DNA of 64,000 nt from positions 1,793,512-1,857,511 of the forward strand of contig OY969693.1 of NCBI GenBank assembly GCA_963701995.1, given 5' to 3'. The position numbers and the translations under genes were made by a program. Position 1 is the stretch's first letter. Each line of letters starts with the position of its first letter. Origin of the DNA: Methanobacteriota archaeon (GTDB lineage Archaea; Halobacteriota; Bog-38; Methanoflorentales; Methanoflorentaceae). This document shows, one piece after another, positions 29,267-39,497 of this stretch. The notes beneath the pieces are model-generated. The model ran no database searches and was not told where the DNA came from. It saw only the letters and a program-made list of their open reading frames with translations.

Positions 29267-29433
29267 CTCAGCAATTCCTTATGGAAGGATCAAGAGCGCA
29301 CACAAGGTTCGCTGCCTCATCTGAAGCAAGACAGTTTCGATCCTTTTTTCAACAAAATAGGCGTGATGCGCAGCATTTGACCGTTGAACGCGTATTGTAG
29401 CGCTAAGAGGCTTTGAGGCCCTTAGCAAGAGCG

Positions 29434-29853
29434 CTATTTGGTCGCCATTTCTGATCCTTGTTGCTGGCACGATTCGAGATCGGCTTTGGTCGGTTTGCCT
29501 TTCACCCTAATCGGCGGGAGGAGGACAGTCGCGCCTCTGGAGCGGAAGAAGTCTATGGTTTGGTCTATCGCTTCACCGAGTTCCTCGTAGGAACCTAACA
29601 CGTAAGCTGTCTTGTCGCCAAAATCGAAACTATCATAATTTTTCATAAAGTAACGCACGTTCGAGGGCGGTTTTTGATGGTACGTAGGTGTGGCGACAAC
29701 GACCACGTCTGCGCTCTTGACATCGAAAGGCTTTATTTGTCGTATGTTTCTGATCAGTGTCTCGGCTCCTGCTTCTCGTGCACCGCGCTCCAATGCATAC
29801 GCCATTGTTCGCGTGTTGCCATGGTAACTCTCGTATCCTATGACAATTTTCAT
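29434..29853 (-). CDS. flavodoxin-like protein
   Basis: YESYHGNT, ATPTY, GSY FMN-binding motifs. Confidence 0.85.
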   Translation of the reverse strand: MKIVIGYESYHGNTRTMAYALERGAREAGAETLIRNIRQIKPFDVKSADVVVVATPTYHQKPPSNVRYFMKNYDSFDFGDKTAYVLGSYEELGEAIDQTIDFFRSRGATVLLPPIRVKGKPTKADLESCQQQGSEMATK

Positions 29854-30008
29854 GGTTTTTACTATCCTTCTATCAACATAAACCTTTCAGCATCGGACGA
29901 AATCGATTTTCTAGCTTCTTTTCTGAGTTTTTCTCCGAAGGCGACGTAGTCTCACGCGGCAAACGATATATACGGGCACCGAAACTAGGTCAGTACGAGG
30001 CACAAAAA

Positions 30009-30527
30009 ATGGAGAGCGAAGTCTCGAGAAAGGAACTAGGTACACGAACTGGCGAGGCCTTGGTTGGCGAGATGCCGGAACTTGCACATATTGACATCGC
30101 AATCGGTCAAAAAGGAGGCGCTTTTGAGACGGCTTTCCTCACAGGTCTCGCGACGCCGCGAATGGGCCATACTGCGCTGTTAGCAATATTGGCCCCAAAC
30201 TATGCCGTCAAGCCGACCACGCTTATGGTAAACAAGGTTTCGATTAAGGGCGAAGCGCAAGCTGAGCTTATGTTCGGGCCTGTCCAAGCCGCGATAGCAA
30301 AAGCAGTCCTCGACAGTGTTCAAGAAAACGTAATTCCCGCCTCTATGGTACATGAACTGATGATAATCGCATCAGTCTATATTCACGGCAGCGCCAAAGA
30401 CAAGAAAAAACTATATGAATATAACTACCAGGCGACAAAAAGCGCAATCAGCAACGCAATGAAGGATTTGCCGACGATAAACGAGCTATTATCCAAGAAG
30501 GACACCATTGTGCACCCCCTGATGTAG
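30009..30527 (+). CDS. fae: formaldehyde-activating enzyme (stand-alone)
   Basis: GEALVG..PELAHID, GHTALLA, VKP.T..NKV, MFGPVQAAIAKAV, YNYQATK. Confidence 0.9.
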   Translation: MESEVSRKELGTRTGEALVGEMPELAHIDIAIGQKGGAFETAFLTGLATPRMGHTALLAILAPNYAVKPTTLMVNKVSIKGEAQAELMFGPVQAAIAKAVLDSVQENVIPASMVHELMIIASVYIHGSAKDKKKLYEYNYQATKSAISNAMKDLPTINELLSKKDTIVHPLM

Positions 30528-30542
30528 GAAACAGCAGCACTT

Positions 30543-30884
30543 TTACGGAAACAGCGTGATACCCTCCTCTTCAATTAACTCTTGATACGCTGGCTCTATC
30601 TCTCCTTCCCACTTTAGCACGACGTGCAGTTCGCGCTGAGGCTCAAGTTCTGTTATTATTCGATAAACCTCAGCGTAAAACTGCGGATGATCGAAATCAC
30701 TGGAAAAGAGCATCACTATATCGATGTCATAGACTTCAGGAAAAATACCTTTTGCAACTGAACCGTAGAGAACGATCGATTTGAGATTTGTTGGCGCCCA
30801 CGCTTGCACTGCGCTCACAAAATTACTGATCAGATCTCGATCAGGCGCGGGTATATCCAGAAAGCCAAAGTCGTGTTCGTTCAT
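30543..30884 (-). CDS. minimal nucleotidyltransferase (MNT) domain protein
   Basis: IVLYGSVAKG...DID; C-terminal IEEEGITL. Confidence 0.8.
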   Translation of the reverse strand: MNEHDFGFLDIPAPDRDLISNFVSAVQAWAPTNLKSIVLYGSVAKGIFPEVYDIDIVMLFSSDFDHPQFYAEVYRIITELEPQRELHVVLKWEGEIEPAYQELIEEEGITLFP

Positions 30885-31131
30885 TTATAGCCCTCGAAAG
30901 TTTGCACGTGGCTATCGCGGCGTCCTTTGCTTGCTCGGCGATTAACTAACGTGTTCTAACACCATTCAGTTTGTCCTTTTTGTATCCTTCTCACGGGTTC
31001 AATTCGGCACTCGTGGCGGTCTCGGCAGGCCAAAGTAGTTTCTCGAGACACTGACGTAAATATGTGCTGGGTCTGGGGGATTGTCAAGAGAGATGCGTAT
31101 GAAGAGAAAAAGTAACGGAGATCTCACTTTG

Positions 31132-31542
31132 TTAATTCAAGGTCTCGAATACACCGAAGCTCGCAAATGTGAGTTCGCAGCTCAGTATCGTTCGTTCGCT
31201 GCTTGGTTTTAGCACGAGATGCAATCTAAACTGTTCGGCAATCGAACGGTCTTGGATATAGGCGTCTCCTCGCACATTTCCAACATGAATGAATCCAACG
31301 GTTTTGCTAACAACAAAGGCTTCAGCGAGTTGGGGGGTTTCGAACGTTTTAGCAAATCCTGTTGCCCTAAAGGTCAAGACAGGCAAGGAGCTGTCTTCGC
31401 AGCCAACAATGCTTATTTGCGCAATGTGCTCGCTTACACGTTTTTCCTGCCAGTGGAAGATAACAATGTTATCATTGATTATCCGCTTGAGCATGTCCTG
31501 GCAGTCCGTTTTCCCGGTTCCAAGAGCTGATTCATTTGACAT
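31132..31542 (-). CDS. hypothetical protein
   Basis: ATG-started 136-aa ORF with an AT-rich upstream region; no motif recognised. Confidence 0.45.
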   Translation of the reverse strand: MSNESALGTGKTDCQDMLKRIINDNIVIFHWQEKRVSEHIAQISIVGCEDSSLPVLTFRATGFAKTFETPQLAEAFVVSKTVGFIHVGNVRGDAYIQDRSIAEQFRLHLVLKPSSERTILSCELTFASFGVFETLN

Positions 31543-31752
31543 AAACGCCGTTGTCGGTTAAACCCCGCATATCCTAGTCGGCGGGCCAGTTTTTGTGGAT
31601 GGTCTTGTTCAGTGTCTTACTTATAAATTACTCACACATTTTTTTTGTATTTCCAGCTTACGACAATGTGGTTGCAGAGGCCGCCACCAGAAAAGGGTCT
31701 TTTAAGAGCAAAGCAATCAAAGATGGCTATAGGCTAGTCGTTAACTGATCCA

Positions 31753-32367
31753 CTAGGGACGCTTTTCGCGTCTTTCGACCGCCATATCTTTGAGCAAAAA
31801 AGCGTCGTAATTTCTTGTGTCGAGGGCGAGAGTTTGGTCAAAACATTCAATGGCTAAATCAAGATCGCCTAAGCCGAGGTAAAAACATCCAAGGTTATTC
31901 CAGGCCATAGTGTAGGTGGGATCAATTTCTATGGCTTTTTTGAGGTCTTGCATCCCTTCGGTATCAAAACCGAGGTTGAATTCTGATAAAGCCCGCGCGT
32001 TAAGCGCTTCCTTGTTCGTCGGGGCAAGTCGTACAAGCTCATCCAACAGACTTTTGGCCTCTTGGAAGTTTCTGTTGCTGTTTAACGATATCGCTTTATT
32101 GAGCTTCACGCGAGACGCATTTGGCTGGATCTCAAGCGCTTTGTCATAGCACTCGATTGATTTCTCGAACTTGCCAAGGGCGAACAATGCCAAGCCTTTG
32201 TTGTGCAGCGCTCTGAAATTGTTGGGCGCTCGCTTAAGCACCGCGTCATAGTGACGGACAGCGTCGCCGAACTGGCCGTGCTTGAACTTATCATCTGCCT
32301 GGTCAGTGAGGTAAGTGACATCTTCATTACGCAGCAGTCTGCCTTTTTTTGTCTGACTTCTGAACAT
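31753..32367 (-). CDS. tetratricopeptide repeat protein
   Basis: Repeated NKGLAL...A...YDKALEIxP / AWNNLG units. Confidence 0.9.
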   Translation of the reverse strand: MFRSQTKKGRLLRNEDVTYLTDQADDKFKHGQFGDAVRHYDAVLKRAPNNFRALHNKGLALFALGKFEKSIECYDKALEIQPNASRVKLNKAISLNSNRNFQEAKSLLDELVRLAPTNKEALNARALSEFNLGFDTEGMQDLKKAIEIDPTYTMAWNNLGCFYLGLGDLDLAIECFDQTLALDTRNYDAFLLKDMAVERREKRP

Positions 32368-32624
32368 CGAACCCCGCGGTCGTCGGACGCAGCGGCGTCA
32401 CCCAACATCATCTTCTGCGGCAGGCAATATATAAGGGACGCCCGTAGGCGCACCCTTTAAATACTTCACGATGCTCTAAAATATGTGTTCGCGCTGTCAG
32501 TTGGCACCTCGAGGCCCCATCAAGCGAACGTGCCTGAAAAGATCTAGTCACTGCATTAAGCGACCTGCGAGGGGAGATTCACACGAACTTTGGATGGTTT
32601 AGAGAAAAGCACGCGGAAAGGGCC

Positions 32625-34925
32625 GTGATGCTTCTTGTTATCTTCATCGTTGCTCTCTATTTGCGAATTATACTTCCGTGGACGAGTTCCATCCAAGGTG
32701 GCAGCATTATCATCAACGATTTTGATCCGTACTATCACCTTCGGATAATCGAGAACACGATACAGCATTTTCCGTACGTGCTTGCCTACGATCCGTATGT
32801 CAACTATCCAACCGGATTTTGGATCGGCTGGCCACCACTCTACGATTTTCTCGCTTCAGCGTATACACTGGCGGCGATGGCGCTGTTTCACGTCGACTTC
32901 CAAGTTGGCGTCGCGACGTTCCCTGCGCTCTTGGGAGCTCTCGCGATCTTGCCTATATATTACATAACAAAGCTTGTCTTTGACTGGAAGGCGGGCATCG
33001 TCGCAGCCGCACTTCTTACGGTCATCCCGGCGAATATCTTGCGTTCGATGGTAGGTAATATCAATCACCACGTCGCAGCGGAAGTGCTTTTTCCGGCGCT
33101 CTTATTCCTGTTCTTGATGCTCGCGCTGAAGGGTGAACTGACGTTTGGCCAGGTTCGGCGCTTCGCGTTCACTGGAGACAAGCGGACCTTGCTTTACGCA
33201 GCACTCGCCGGCGTTTTTGTAACCGCCCTTTTGCTGACGTGGCTCGGCGCGTTCTTGTTCCTCGGCATTATCGGGGCGTTTGCCATTGTGCAGTATAGCG
33301 TATACCACGTGAAACGGCTGTCGTCCGATAATCTCACGATTATCTTATCAACGATGCTTTTCGTATCGCTGATTACGCTGCTTCCCGTGAGTCTCACAAG
33401 CCATTTTGGACTGACAATAGACACCCTACACCTTTCTCTGTTCCAACCGCTATTTTTAGTGGTGCTAATAGTCATTTTTGCGGTCTTCGGATTCCTCGCG
33501 TATTACATGCGAGGCATGCGCCGGGCAGCTTACCCGCTGACGATCTGCGCCCTCGTGGTCGCCGCGAGTGTTGGCTTCTATCTATGGAACCCGAACCTCG
33601 CTGTAACTGTGTTCGGCGGGTATGGGTTCTTCACGCAAAGCGGCGTCTTACAGACCGTAGCCGAGGCGCAACCGCTGTTCGGCGGCGCTGGAGGATTCCA
33701 GCTCGGCACGGCCGCTGAGTACTTCCAGGCTCTGCTGTTCGTTGGTCTCGCCGGTCTCGCCGTGCTCGCATATCGGTTGTGGAAGAAACAGGACGAGGCT
33801 GCCCTATTGCTGGCTGTATGGAGCGTTTTTGCCTTTGCACTTGCCGTCGAGCAAACACGTTTTACGTTTCTGTTGTCTGCCAACGTCGCGATCCTTTCCG
33901 GGTTCGCGATAGTGTGGATTATGGACACGCTTATTGGCAAATCCTATGGCAAGTTGTCGGGCGTACGCGACGCTGGGGCGGTGCCCCAACTCTTTGGGCG
34001 TGAAGTAAAATACACGCAACTTCTCGGAGTCCTTATTGTCGTGGCCGTTTTGCTCTTGCCAAGCATTAGCGTGACCACGTCGTACGCGAGGACCGGCTCT
34101 GGCGTTATCTCACCCGACTGGGCAGAATCAGTTCAGTGGATGAGTGCTAACACGCCAGCAACTTCAAACTATAATGTTACCTCGGACCAGATACCGCAAT
34201 ACGGGGTGCTTAGTTGGTGGGATTACGGGAACTGGATCATCTTCCTGGGCCATAGGCCGGCGGTCGCGAACAACTTCCAAACAGGCGTCAACGACTCCGC
34301 GACTTTTTTCGTAAGCCAGAATGAATCAGACACCTTAGGCATCATCCAGAAAGACAATGTCAAGTATGTGATGACCGATTACGAAATGGCGGGCTACCAA
34401 GACAAGTTCCCAGCAATTGCCCTTCTATCAGGACAAGGAGTCGATACGTTCCTCACGACGCAGGCTCAGTATAACCAAAATGGTACGTTGACTCAGCAGA
34501 CCGTGCCAACCTCCGCGTATTATAACACGACGGTCGTCAGATTGCAGTACCAGGATGGCAATGGATACAGCCACTATCGCTTGATTCACGAATCGCCAAG
34601 AACTGTGGGCACGCTCGGCGCAACTGATATAAAGGCTGTTAAGACCTTTGAATACGTTAAAGGTGCAAGAATTGCTGTTCACGGCAATGGAAACGCTACG
34701 CTCTCTCTTAACGTCACCACAAATCAAAACCGGACGTTCAACTACACGCAGAGTGCTCGACTGAACGGCACCCACGTGTTTGTGGTACCGTATGCGACGA
34801 CCGGGATGCCGTATAGAATCAAAACTGACCCTGCTTACAAGGTGACGGTCGGCAACGTCACGAAGGAAATCGCGGTGAGTGAGAGCGATGTTCAAAACGG
34901 GACTGAGCTTAATCTCAGTTTTTAG
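32625..34925 (+). CDS. aglB: oligosaccharyltransferase AglB (STT3)
   Basis: DPYYHLR, many TM helices, TVAEAQP, SWWDYG, ANNFQ. Confidence 0.93.
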   Translation: MMLLVIFIVALYLRIILPWTSSIQGGSIIINDFDPYYHLRIIENTIQHFPYVLAYDPYVNYPTGFWIGWPPLYDFLASAYTLAAMALFHVDFQVGVATFPALLGALAILPIYYITKLVFDWKAGIVAAALLTVIPANILRSMVGNINHHVAAEVLFPALLFLFLMLALKGELTFGQVRRFAFTGDKRTLLYAALAGVFVTALLLTWLGAFLFLGIIGAFAIVQYSVYHVKRLSSDNLTIILSTMLFVSLITLLPVSLTSHFGLTIDTLHLSLFQPLFLVVLIVIFAVFGFLAYYMRGMRRAAYPLTICALVVAASVGFYLWNPNLAVTVFGGYGFFTQSGVLQTVAEAQPLFGGAGGFQLGTAAEYFQALLFVGLAGLAVLAYRLWKKQDEAALLLAVWSVFAFALAVEQTRFTFLLSANVAILSGFAIVWIMDTLIGKSYGKLSGVRDAGAVPQLFGREVKYTQLLGVLIVVAVLLLPSISVTTSYARTGSGVISPDWAESVQWMSANTPATSNYNVTSDQIPQYGVLSWWDYGNWIIFLGHRPAVANNFQTGVNDSATFFVSQNESDTLGIIQKDNVKYVMTDYEMAGYQDKFPAIALLSGQGVDTFLTTQAQYNQNGTLTQQTVPTSAYYNTTVVRLQYQDGNGYSHYRLIHESPRTVGTLGATDIKAVKTFEYVKGARIAVHGNGNATLSLNVTTNQNRTFNYTQSARLNGTHVFVVPYATTGMPYRIKTDPAYKVTVGNVTKEIAVSESDVQNGTELNLSF

Positions 34926-35034
34926 AGCGATCAAATTCGGTGCCGAGCCGTCTCCAGAAGCAGTTCGTAGGCGCAGGATCCACACGTTTGGGGTGGACTT
35001 GGCCCGTTCCTGTTAGCAATAATTCGACTGGAGC

Positions 35035-37938
35035 TTACTCAACATAGCGAATGGCCTCTGCGGGCAGTGTTCGCGACACATTTCTTGCAGGGATTGCAGT
35101 GCAGATGGCGATGGCCAGATAGACGATTAGAAGCACTAGGATGACCTGCACGATGGGAATCGTGAACGGCACCTTCACGGTTTGGTTCAAGTTAGTGTAT
35201 ATGGCGTAAGAAACGACCAATCCGGTCGAGAGGCCTAATGCTGCTGCCAACGTGGTCGCAAAGGTCGCTTCGAACAGGAGCGACTTTACGATGAGGCTGC
35301 GGTTGAAACCTATCGCGCGCATAATGCCTATCTCTTGACGCCGCTCCATAGTTGATCGCACAGTCACGACCCCTACGCTAGCGATGCCAACGATAAGCCC
35401 GAGGCCGAGGTAGGTCGCGGTGAGCTGAAAGAGTTGTTGGCTCTGCGTCATCATCTGCGAAACCTCGTCGCTAATGAGAAATGCGTTGATGCCAGCAGTT
35501 TTGTAACCTTTTTTGAGGTCGTAGCTAAGATCGATAGGTTTCATCCCGCTCGCTGATTTTATGAGAAACAGCGTATCGCCTTTTATCTCCGGAAAATAGT
35601 GCTGCATTTGTTGCTTGCTCATAAAAATGCCGTGCAGATAGAATTCATCGAGGACGCCGGCAACCAAAAAGCGGGCAGTGCCGTTACCCGCGTTAAAAGA
35701 GATGACGTCGCCTGCTGTGACTTGGGTGCCGTTGCGGCCATACAAATAGCTTGAGTCTACGATAACGTAGTTAGGGTTGTTTAGCAGATTCCAGGTTTCC
35801 GACGAGTTCGCGCCCGCAAGAGAGTCCGCGAAGTTGTACTGCGCATGGTCAGAAAAATTTGTGTCTACGCCATAAACGTTTGTATCAGGTCCTTGCTGAT
35901 AAAGCGCTTGACCATTTATGCTCGCTCCTGTTGCATTTGCAACAAAGAGGCCATCGTAGAAGTCTACATCCGATGCGTTCAAGAGCGCCACAGGTTTTGC
36001 GGGTGGTTCGGACGCAGGCGACTGGACCTCGAGGGTTGTCAAGTTTGACAACGGCGTGCTTGATGTCGCACGAATGTCGTATCCGCCGGATTGCTTGCTG
36101 ATATCTGGTTGATAGACGGCTGCAGTAACGAGCGCAACGATCATTAGAAAAATAACGAGAGTTAATATCGTAACCGTCGTTCCCAACGTCTCCCTTTTTT
36201 GGAGGCAGTACGCCGACGATGGTTTAATCAGAGCTGGACTGGCTTTAAGCCTTGTCAGCGGCACAGAGAATAGCTTTAGCAATGAGGTCGCGTTGACGAG
36301 AACTACGAGAACTGCGCCTAGCACTAAGAGAAGGCAGCTCACGGTGAAACTAACAGTTGCGACGAGATTGCTGAAGCCGGAGGTGCTGAGGATCACGCCT
36401 GCGTTGTAGAGCACTAGGGCTGCTCCCGCTAACGTGAGTATTTGCTGTCGTTTCACCACTCTTAGGGCGACGAGGGCAAAGCCAAAGATGATGAGTGTGG
36501 GTGCAAGGAGATGCGCTGCTAGACTTCGAGGTGAAACGCCGTACGCGGCAAGCCCGAAAACTAGTAGACCAACGCCGAGAGTAGGCGCCCCCCGGGGTAG
36601 GCGCGGCGCCCTTTCTGAATTTTCGGCATTTCGTATCGCGCGGACGATATTCAACCTGCTGATTCTGTAAGAAGCGAACGCGATCGTTGCGACCGTAACA
36701 AGTAGACCTATGAGAAATGCTGTCAAGAGGTCCGCGAGATCATAATGCAGAACAAGGGACGCTCCTGCGGGGCTTGCCGCTGTAGTGGCCGCATTGAGCG
36801 TATTTATAAGGCCAGCGCCGATTCCGATCCCCAGTATTGACCCGATGGTTGCAGCCAGTAGGGCACAGGTTACTCCTTCAAAAAGAAAGAGGAGTATGAC
36901 GTGCCTGCGTTTCATTCCAAAAGCGCGGGCCAATCCGAGCTCACTTTTACGCTGTTCAGAAAGCGTCACAAAAACGTTGACAATCAGCATCGCGCTTGTT
37001 ATGATTGAAAACGTTCCTAGCGCGACGAGCAAGTCTAAAAACTGGGCGCCGCGCGCCTCTGCAGCGGCCAGCATGTTTTGTTTGATGGGATTGATGTCGA
37101 ATCGTTGCGACGCACCTGGCAGAGCTTGCGTGAGAAGCGCTGATACATTACCAGATTTAGCCGCTCCTGCTTCAGCATCGCCCAGGTTCGAGACCCTAAT
37201 CTCATTGATTTGGCCGCCGTGTTGAAAAACAGCTTGCGCAGCACTGAGTTGCATAAAGATATTTTCATTCAACTCGTATTGCGCCTTGCCTTCGTTTTTT
37301 GCGATGTACTTGATCGTGAACGTGTAAGCCTTTACCGAAGACGTGTTCTCGCCGTAATAAACAGCAAGCCTATCGCCGATATGTGCATCTAAATCTCGGG
37401 CGAGCTTGTCGTTGATTAGGACTTGACTGCCCGTCAAATCGCTCGCATTGGTGTGTGTGTCGTTCAGTAGAACAAAATCGCCAAAGGGGGCGTCTAGCGT
37501 GAAGTTTAGACCGACGAGCGTGACTCCGGTTGATGTGATGCCACTTGTAACATCGTCCACAGACGGGACCCCTCCGTAGAGGCTGGGGGAGATGCCGTCT
37601 GTGTTGTTGGTTATCGCTGAATCAGCTGCAACGTGCTGATATACTGAATAGTTGAATGGTTGGCCATTCGCAGCAATGGTTTCATCAATGTTGCCAAGTG
37701 AATCGTACGTTGCCTTGACGACAGAATAACTAAGGGAGCTACTTGCGACGAGCGACCCTGAGATAATTGCTGTGCTCACCAGGAGCGCTCCGACGATAAT
37801 GGCGGCGCTTTTCGGGCGTCGCACAATGTTTCGTACGCCCATTGTGAAAATTGACTTGTTTGTAACTGCAAGCGCAGCAAAAAGCAAAATTACGATAACG
37901 GCGCAGCCGAGAAGTGCTGAGTACATCGCTGAGTACAT
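35035..37938 (-). CDS. ABC transporter permease, duplicated FtsX/MacB type
   Basis: QRKSELGLARAFG and ERRQEIGIMRAIG motifs; two large extracellular domains. Confidence 0.9.
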   Translation of the reverse strand: MYSAMYSALLGCAVIVILLFAALAVTNKSIFTMGVRNIVRRPKSAAIIVGALLVSTAIISGSLVASSSLSYSVVKATYDSLGNIDETIAANGQPFNYSVYQHVAADSAITNNTDGISPSLYGGVPSVDDVTSGITSTGVTLVGLNFTLDAPFGDFVLLNDTHTNASDLTGSQVLINDKLARDLDAHIGDRLAVYYGENTSSVKAYTFTIKYIAKNEGKAQYELNENIFMQLSAAQAVFQHGGQINEIRVSNLGDAEAGAAKSGNVSALLTQALPGASQRFDINPIKQNMLAAAEARGAQFLDLLVALGTFSIITSAMLIVNVFVTLSEQRKSELGLARAFGMKRRHVILLFLFEGVTCALLAATIGSILGIGIGAGLINTLNAATTAASPAGASLVLHYDLADLLTAFLIGLLVTVATIAFASYRISRLNIVRAIRNAENSERAPRLPRGAPTLGVGLLVFGLAAYGVSPRSLAAHLLAPTLIIFGFALVALRVVKRQQILTLAGAALVLYNAGVILSTSGFSNLVATVSFTVSCLLLVLGAVLVVLVNATSLLKLFSVPLTRLKASPALIKPSSAYCLQKRETLGTTVTILTLVIFLMIVALVTAAVYQPDISKQSGGYDIRATSSTPLSNLTTLEVQSPASEPPAKPVALLNASDVDFYDGLFVANATGASINGQALYQQGPDTNVYGVDTNFSDHAQYNFADSLAGANSSETWNLLNNPNYVIVDSSYLYGRNGTQVTAGDVISFNAGNGTARFLVAGVLDEFYLHGIFMSKQQMQHYFPEIKGDTLFLIKSASGMKPIDLSYDLKKGYKTAGINAFLISDEVSQMMTQSQQLFQLTATYLGLGLIVGIASVGVVTVRSTMERRQEIGIMRAIGFNRSLIVKSLLFEATFATTLAAALGLSTGLVVSYAIYTNLNQTVKVPFTIPIVQVILVLLIVYLAIAICTAIPARNVSRTLPAEAIRYVE

Positions 37939-37966
37939 TTACATTCCTCAATCTGCGCACTCGGCG

Positions 37967-38659
37967 TCAGACAATGGGCGCAGCTGATTCTGAGAGTATA
38001 GCCCCGTCTTTCATGCTGATCAGTCGATCCGCGGTCTTTGCAACAGACGGATCGTGTGTGACGATAACAAATGTTTGCCGGTTAGCCTTATTCAGCGTTT
38101 TTAGAAGCGCTGTGATCTGGTCTGCACCTGCTGAGTCTAAGTTTCCTGTCGGCTCATCTGCCCAGATGATTGCTGGCCTGCTTATGAGCGCCCGGGCGAT
38201 CGCCACTCGCTGTTGTTGTCCTCCGCTGAGCTCCAACGGCTTGTGATGTGCCCACTCTTCGAGATCGACGCGCGATAGCATGCTTAAGGCCCGCAAACGC
38301 GCATCTTTCTCATTAATGCCAGCTACAAGCAGCGGCAGCTCAACATTCTCTAGAGCAGTCAAGACGGGAAGCAGATTGAACGATTGAAAGACAAATCCCA
38401 TCCTGGTTGCGCGATATTCCGACAGTTCGTTGTCGTTCATTTGCGAGAGCGGGATCCCTTCGATTTTGACTATTCCCGACGTTGGTGCGTCGAGCCCTGA
38501 GAGACAGTTAAGGAGAGTGGTCTTGCCGCAGCCGCTTGGGCCCATAATTACCACCATATCCCCTTTTTCGATTTGCAGGTTCACATCTCTGAGCGCGTGG
38601 ACTTTCACGCCATTCAACTCGTATATCTTGTGCACGCGGTGCGCTTCTACCATCAACAT
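37967..38659 (-). CDS. ABC transporter ATP-binding protein (LolD/MacB type)
   Basis: GPSGCGKT, LSGGQQQR, ADEPTGNLD, VTHD. Confidence 0.95.
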   Translation of the reverse strand: MLMVEAHRVHKIYELNGVKVHALRDVNLQIEKGDMVVIMGPSGCGKTTLLNCLSGLDAPTSGIVKIEGIPLSQMNDNELSEYRATRMGFVFQSFNLLPVLTALENVELPLLVAGINEKDARLRALSMLSRVDLEEWAHHKPLELSGGQQQRVAIARALISRPAIIWADEPTGNLDSAGADQITALLKTLNKANRQTFVIVTHDPSVAKTADRLISMKDGAILSESAAPIV

Positions 38660-38885
38660 GTTACGCTCTGTTATGTTCACTGGCCACGTTTTGAATGGTG
38701 CAGCCGAGGTTTGGACACGAACGCGCCCTACCGCGTCGTGTGCGCTCAACGCGCTTGCGCGATCCAATTCGTACTTAATTGAACGAACGCTTTATTTAGA
38801 GCTACCGGCAAGCGGCTGAAACGTATAAATATAATCGAATTATACCCGAAGTACGTGTCGGCTAGAAACTACACAAGGTTACAAG

Positions 38886-39479
38886 ATGAAAAACGCAAAG
38901 AAGCTCTACGTGCCGTTTACTGAGGAGCGCTGGCGCAACTGGATAGACTGCGCAAGGCAAAGTGACTACAAAAACATGGACGAGACAGCCACGACAGTAT
39001 TCGTTGAAATGGAAGAAGACGTAATAATTGCGTGCTGTAAGGTTGTTAGAGGTTTCGAAATCGGCAAGCTCACGCGTGAAGAGTCTTTAGATGGCTTACA
39101 TAACATTGAGGCGATAACCGAGGAAAAAACTGACACAGGTGACGTGGAGCTTGACGATTTAGTCGGACTCATCCAATCGTCTCTAGTTGGCGCCTTCGCA
39201 TCGTTTGAGAGCTACGTGAAAGCGTCTTTCGCAGACAAGGCCTCTATGGACGAACTAATAAAAGACGCGCTGGACCAAGAAAAAAAAGGGCACTTCGATC
39301 TGGCCTTAGCGATAGTAGGAAAGGTCGGTGCGCGAGTCATAGCAGGCGAGGCGCTGCGTCAAGAAACTATTGCCGAATTGGAAGACAGCTACGTGGCAGA
39401 GTGGCTTGATGGAGTTGACTCGATATCTGCAGCCATCTCAAGTTCCATAGAATTCGACAGCGGTGAGGAAGCGACTTAG
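38886..39479 (+). CDS. DUF2150-like conserved archaeal protein
   Basis: FTEERWRNW, MEEDVIIAC.K, GARVIAGE, VAEWLDGVDSI. Confidence 0.7.
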   Translation: MKNAKKLYVPFTEERWRNWIDCARQSDYKNMDETATTVFVEMEEDVIIACCKVVRGFEIGKLTREESLDGLHNIEAITEEKTDTGDVELDDLVGLIQSSLVGAFASFESYVKASFADKASMDELIKDALDQEKKGHFDLALAIVGKVGARVIAGEALRQETIAELEDSYVAEWLDGVDSISAAISSSIEFDSGEEAT

Positions 39480-39497
39480 AAGCTTCAAATACGATGT

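Noticed and set aside
32570..32630. ATT start extending aglB upstream
   Set aside because: SD spacing is short and good GTG/ATG codons are available; too weak to claim.
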